Assembly: GCA_964618245.1 (NCBI GenBank)
Contig: CAZTYT010000001.1
Span: forward strand, 1 to 43,046
Direction: 5' to 3'
Length of the DNA stretch: 43,046 nucleotides
Origin: an uncultured Legionella sp.
GTDB taxonomy: Bacteria; Pseudomonadota; Gammaproteobacteria; Legionellales; Legionellaceae
Positions 40,916 through 43,046 of the stretch are shown piece by piece. A program made the position numbers and the translations under genes. The notes under the pieces are model-generated. The model did no database searches. It had not been told where the DNA came from and was given only the letters and a program-made list of their open reading frames with translations. Position 1 is the first letter of the stretch; each line of letters begins with the position of its first letter.

Positions 40916-41197
40916 ATGAGTACAGAAGTTGCGGTGCAAGGCAGCGAAGCGCTTTCGCATCAGGTAATTCATGCGGTTAAAGGTTATTTAACCAGTGTTA
41001 GTAATAAAGACGCTAACTTAAACTTATATCAATTAATTGTTGAAGAAGTAGAGGCACCTCTGTTTCGCACAGTGATGGAATTAACTCGTTATAACCAATC
41101 TAAGGCTGCTCGAGTGCTTGGCGTAAGTCGTGGTACTTTGCGTACTAAATTAAAGCGCTATTTTGATGATGAGTTCATTGGTACTCGTGATTTTTAA
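40916..41197 (+). CDS. fis: Fis family DNA-binding protein (probably the Legionella Fis3 paralog by synteny)
   Basis: LYQLIVEEVEAPL...TRYNQSKAARVLGVSRGTLRTKLKRY; RBS AGGAG. Confidence 0.95.
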   Translation: MSTEVAVQGSEALSHQVIHAVKGYLTSVSNKDANLNLYQLIVEEVEAPLFRTVMELTRYNQSKAARVLGVSRGTLRTKLKRYFDDEFIGTRDF

Positions 41198-41284
41198 TTG
41201 AAGTTTGCTAGATTGTTGTAATTTTTTAGTTTAAATTTCTTGTTATGGTGGTCTTTAGGTAGGCACTCTGCTACCATTAACCGC

Positions 41285-41642
41285 AGAGTTGGTTAGACAA
41301 TCGCTCCGTGCTTTTGCAAGGGGAGGAAAGTCCGGGCTCCAAAGGGTAGAGTGCCAGGTAACGCCTGGGAGGTGTGAACCTACGGAAAGTGCCACAGAAA
41401 ATATACCGCCTCTATTAGATAGAGGTAAGGGTGAAATGGTGCGGTAAGAGCGCACCGCGCAACTGGTAACAGTTGTGGCAGGGAAAACCCCACTCGGAGC
41501 AAGACCAAATAGGAATCCAGGTGATCGCAAGATCATCGCGTGCGACCCGCACGGGATTCGGGTAGGTTGCTTGAGGTATGCGGTGACGCATATCCCAGAT
41601 GAATGATTGTCCACGACAGAACCCGGCTTATCGACCGACTCT
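41285..41642 (+). ncRNA. rnpB: RNase P RNA, bacterial type A
   Basis: GAGGAAAGTCCGGGCTCC, GGAAAGTGCCACAGAAA, GGTAAGGGTGAAA..GTGCGGTAAGAGCGCACCGC, ACAGAACCCGGCTTA. P1 stem AGAGTTGGT/ACCGACTCT. Extended -10 TGCTACCAT upstream and a T-run downstream. Confidence 0.98.
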
Positions 41643-41659
41643 TTTTCTTTTATTTATTA

Positions 41660-43046
41660 TTATTTCCCCAGATTTTTCTTTAATAATTCATTTACCAACT
41701 CAGGATTAGCTTGGCCTTTGGTTTGTTTCATAATTTGTCCTACAAAAAAAGCCAATAACTTTTCTTTTCCAGCACGATATTCTGCTGTTTGTTGGGGAAA
41801 TTGTTGGATTAATTTAGTAATCAATTCTTCTAAAGCGGCGCTATCATCTACTTGCTGGTACCCTTCACGTGCAATAATTCCCTCAATATCATTTTCACCT
41901 TGCCATAAGAAAGTAAAGATAGAACGGGCATTAGTTAAAGAAATTTCTCCCTTATTTAATCGGTCTAACAGGTTTGCCATTAACTTTACAGGAACCTTGG
42001 GTTCATTGAAACTTAAGTGGTATTCATTTAGATAGGCAGCATATGGGCCTTTGAGCCAATTGATGATCATTTTGTCTGGGGCAGAGCAGCTGGCTTTAAC
42101 CTCATAATAAAACTGATAGGTTGCAGGACTTGATAGAATAAAATGAATATCGTCTTCTTTTAAATCGGGTGAATTTCTTAATTTCGCTTCAATTTGTTTG
42201 GGTAAGGCAGGTAGACGGCATTTTATTTCATCAATTTGTTTTGGCGTCACTTGAATTGGCAGCAGATCAGGATCCGGGAAGTACCGATAGTCATTCTCAT
42301 TTTCTTTTTCTCGCATGACCTGGGTTATATTAGTTTCTGGATTATACAGACGTGTTTCTTGAATGACTTGCTCCCCACTTTCTAATAAATCTTGATGCCG
42401 TGCCTGTTCATAGGCAATTGCTTTTTCAATAAATCGGAAGGAATTCAAATTTTTTAACTCAGTACGTGTTCCTAAAATAGTAGAGCCTTTGGGTTTCAAT
42501 GAAAGGTTAACATCACAGCGAAAGGATCCTTCTTGCATATTTCCATCACAAATACCTAAAAATTGCACAAGCTGGTGTAGCGTTTTTAAATAATTCACTG
42601 CTTCCTCAGCAGAGTAAAGGCAAGGGGCGGTTACGATTTCTAATAATGGAGTGCCAGCTCGATTCAGATCAATACCGCTATAACCGGGAAGTATGCCGTG
42701 AAGCGATTTTCCAGCATCCTCTTCTAAATGGGCTCTAACGATGGAAACTGATTTTTCAGTTCCATCACGAAGCGTTATTATTAATTTTCCATTACTGAGA
42801 ATAGGCTTTTGAAACTGGCTGATTTGATATCCTTTAGGTAGATCAGGATAAAAATAATTTTTACGCTCAAAAACAGAGAGCTCGTTAATATTTGCTTCAA
42901 TAGCTAAACCAAATTGAATTGCCATGATTACTGCTTCTTGATTTAACACGGGCAAAACGCCAGGAAATCCTGCATCAATAAAGCAAGTTTGAGTATTTGG
43001 AGGCGCTCCAAAGGTAGTGGATGCGCCTGAAAAAAGCTTGGAATTG
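41660..43046 (-). CDS. gatB: Asp/Glu-tRNA amidotransferase subunit B, 5'-truncated by the window edge
   Basis: FERKNYFYPDLPKGYQISQ, HLEEDAGK, DLNRAGTPLLEIV, GNMQEGSFRCDVN, DYRYFPDPDL, FFVGQIMK. The frame continues beyond the window. Confidence 0.98.
   Translation of the reverse strand, partial: NSKLFSGASTTFGAPPNTQTCFIDAGFPGVLPVLNQEAVIMAIQFGLAIEANINELSVFERKNYFYPDLPKGYQISQFQKPILSNGKLIITLRDGTEKSVSIVRAHLEEDAGKSLHGILPGYSGIDLNRAGTPLLEIVTAPCLYSAEEAVNYLKTLHQLVQFLGICDGNMQEGSFRCDVNLSLKPKGSTILGTRTELKNLNSFRFIEKAIAYEQARHQDLLESGEQVIQETRLYNPETNITQVMREKENENDYRYFPDPDLLPIQVTPKQIDEIKCRLPALPKQIEAKLRNSPDLKEDDIHFILSSPATYQFYYEVKASCSAPDKMIINWLKGPYAAYLNEYHLSFNEPKVPVKLMANLLDRLNKGEISLTNARSIFTFLWQGENDIEGIIAREGYQQVDDSAALEELITKLIQQFPQQTAEYRAGKEKLLAFFVGQIMKQTKGQANPELVNELLKKNLGK

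Noticed and set aside
41255-41614. 119-aa minus-strand ORF
   Set aside because: Antisense shadow of the GC-rich RNase P RNA.

Overview
AT-rich gammaproteobacterial chromosome segment, almost certainly a Legionella species. This is judged from protein motifs and from gene order recalled for the L. pneumophila infA...fis region; no database search was run. The core backbone is thiolase (partial), infA, aat, trxB, ftsK-lolA-rarA, fleSR-fliEFGHIJ-yhdP, mpl, clpB, sppA, suhB, trmJ-iscS-iscU-like-iscA, fis, RNase P RNA (rnpB) and gatB (partial). Several accessory ORFs resembling Dot/Icm effector candidates are interspersed: a 35-aa tandem-repeat protein, a TPR-like protein, an apparently paralogous helical pair, and a 1363-aa coiled-coil protein with a PmrA-type promoter. 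There is also a Popeye/cNMP-binding membrane protein. The most notable non-coding signal is a DnaA-box cluster between sppA and suhB whose orientation and 5-bp/3-bp spacing match the E. coli DARS core as I recall it. Other notable signals are two PmrA-type boxes in the effector/fis divergent region, a T9 homopolymer frameshift splitting an effector-like gene, a cysteine-less IscU-like protein and several palindromic repeats. No transposase, integrase, prophage, CRISPR array, tRNA or rRNA was seen.
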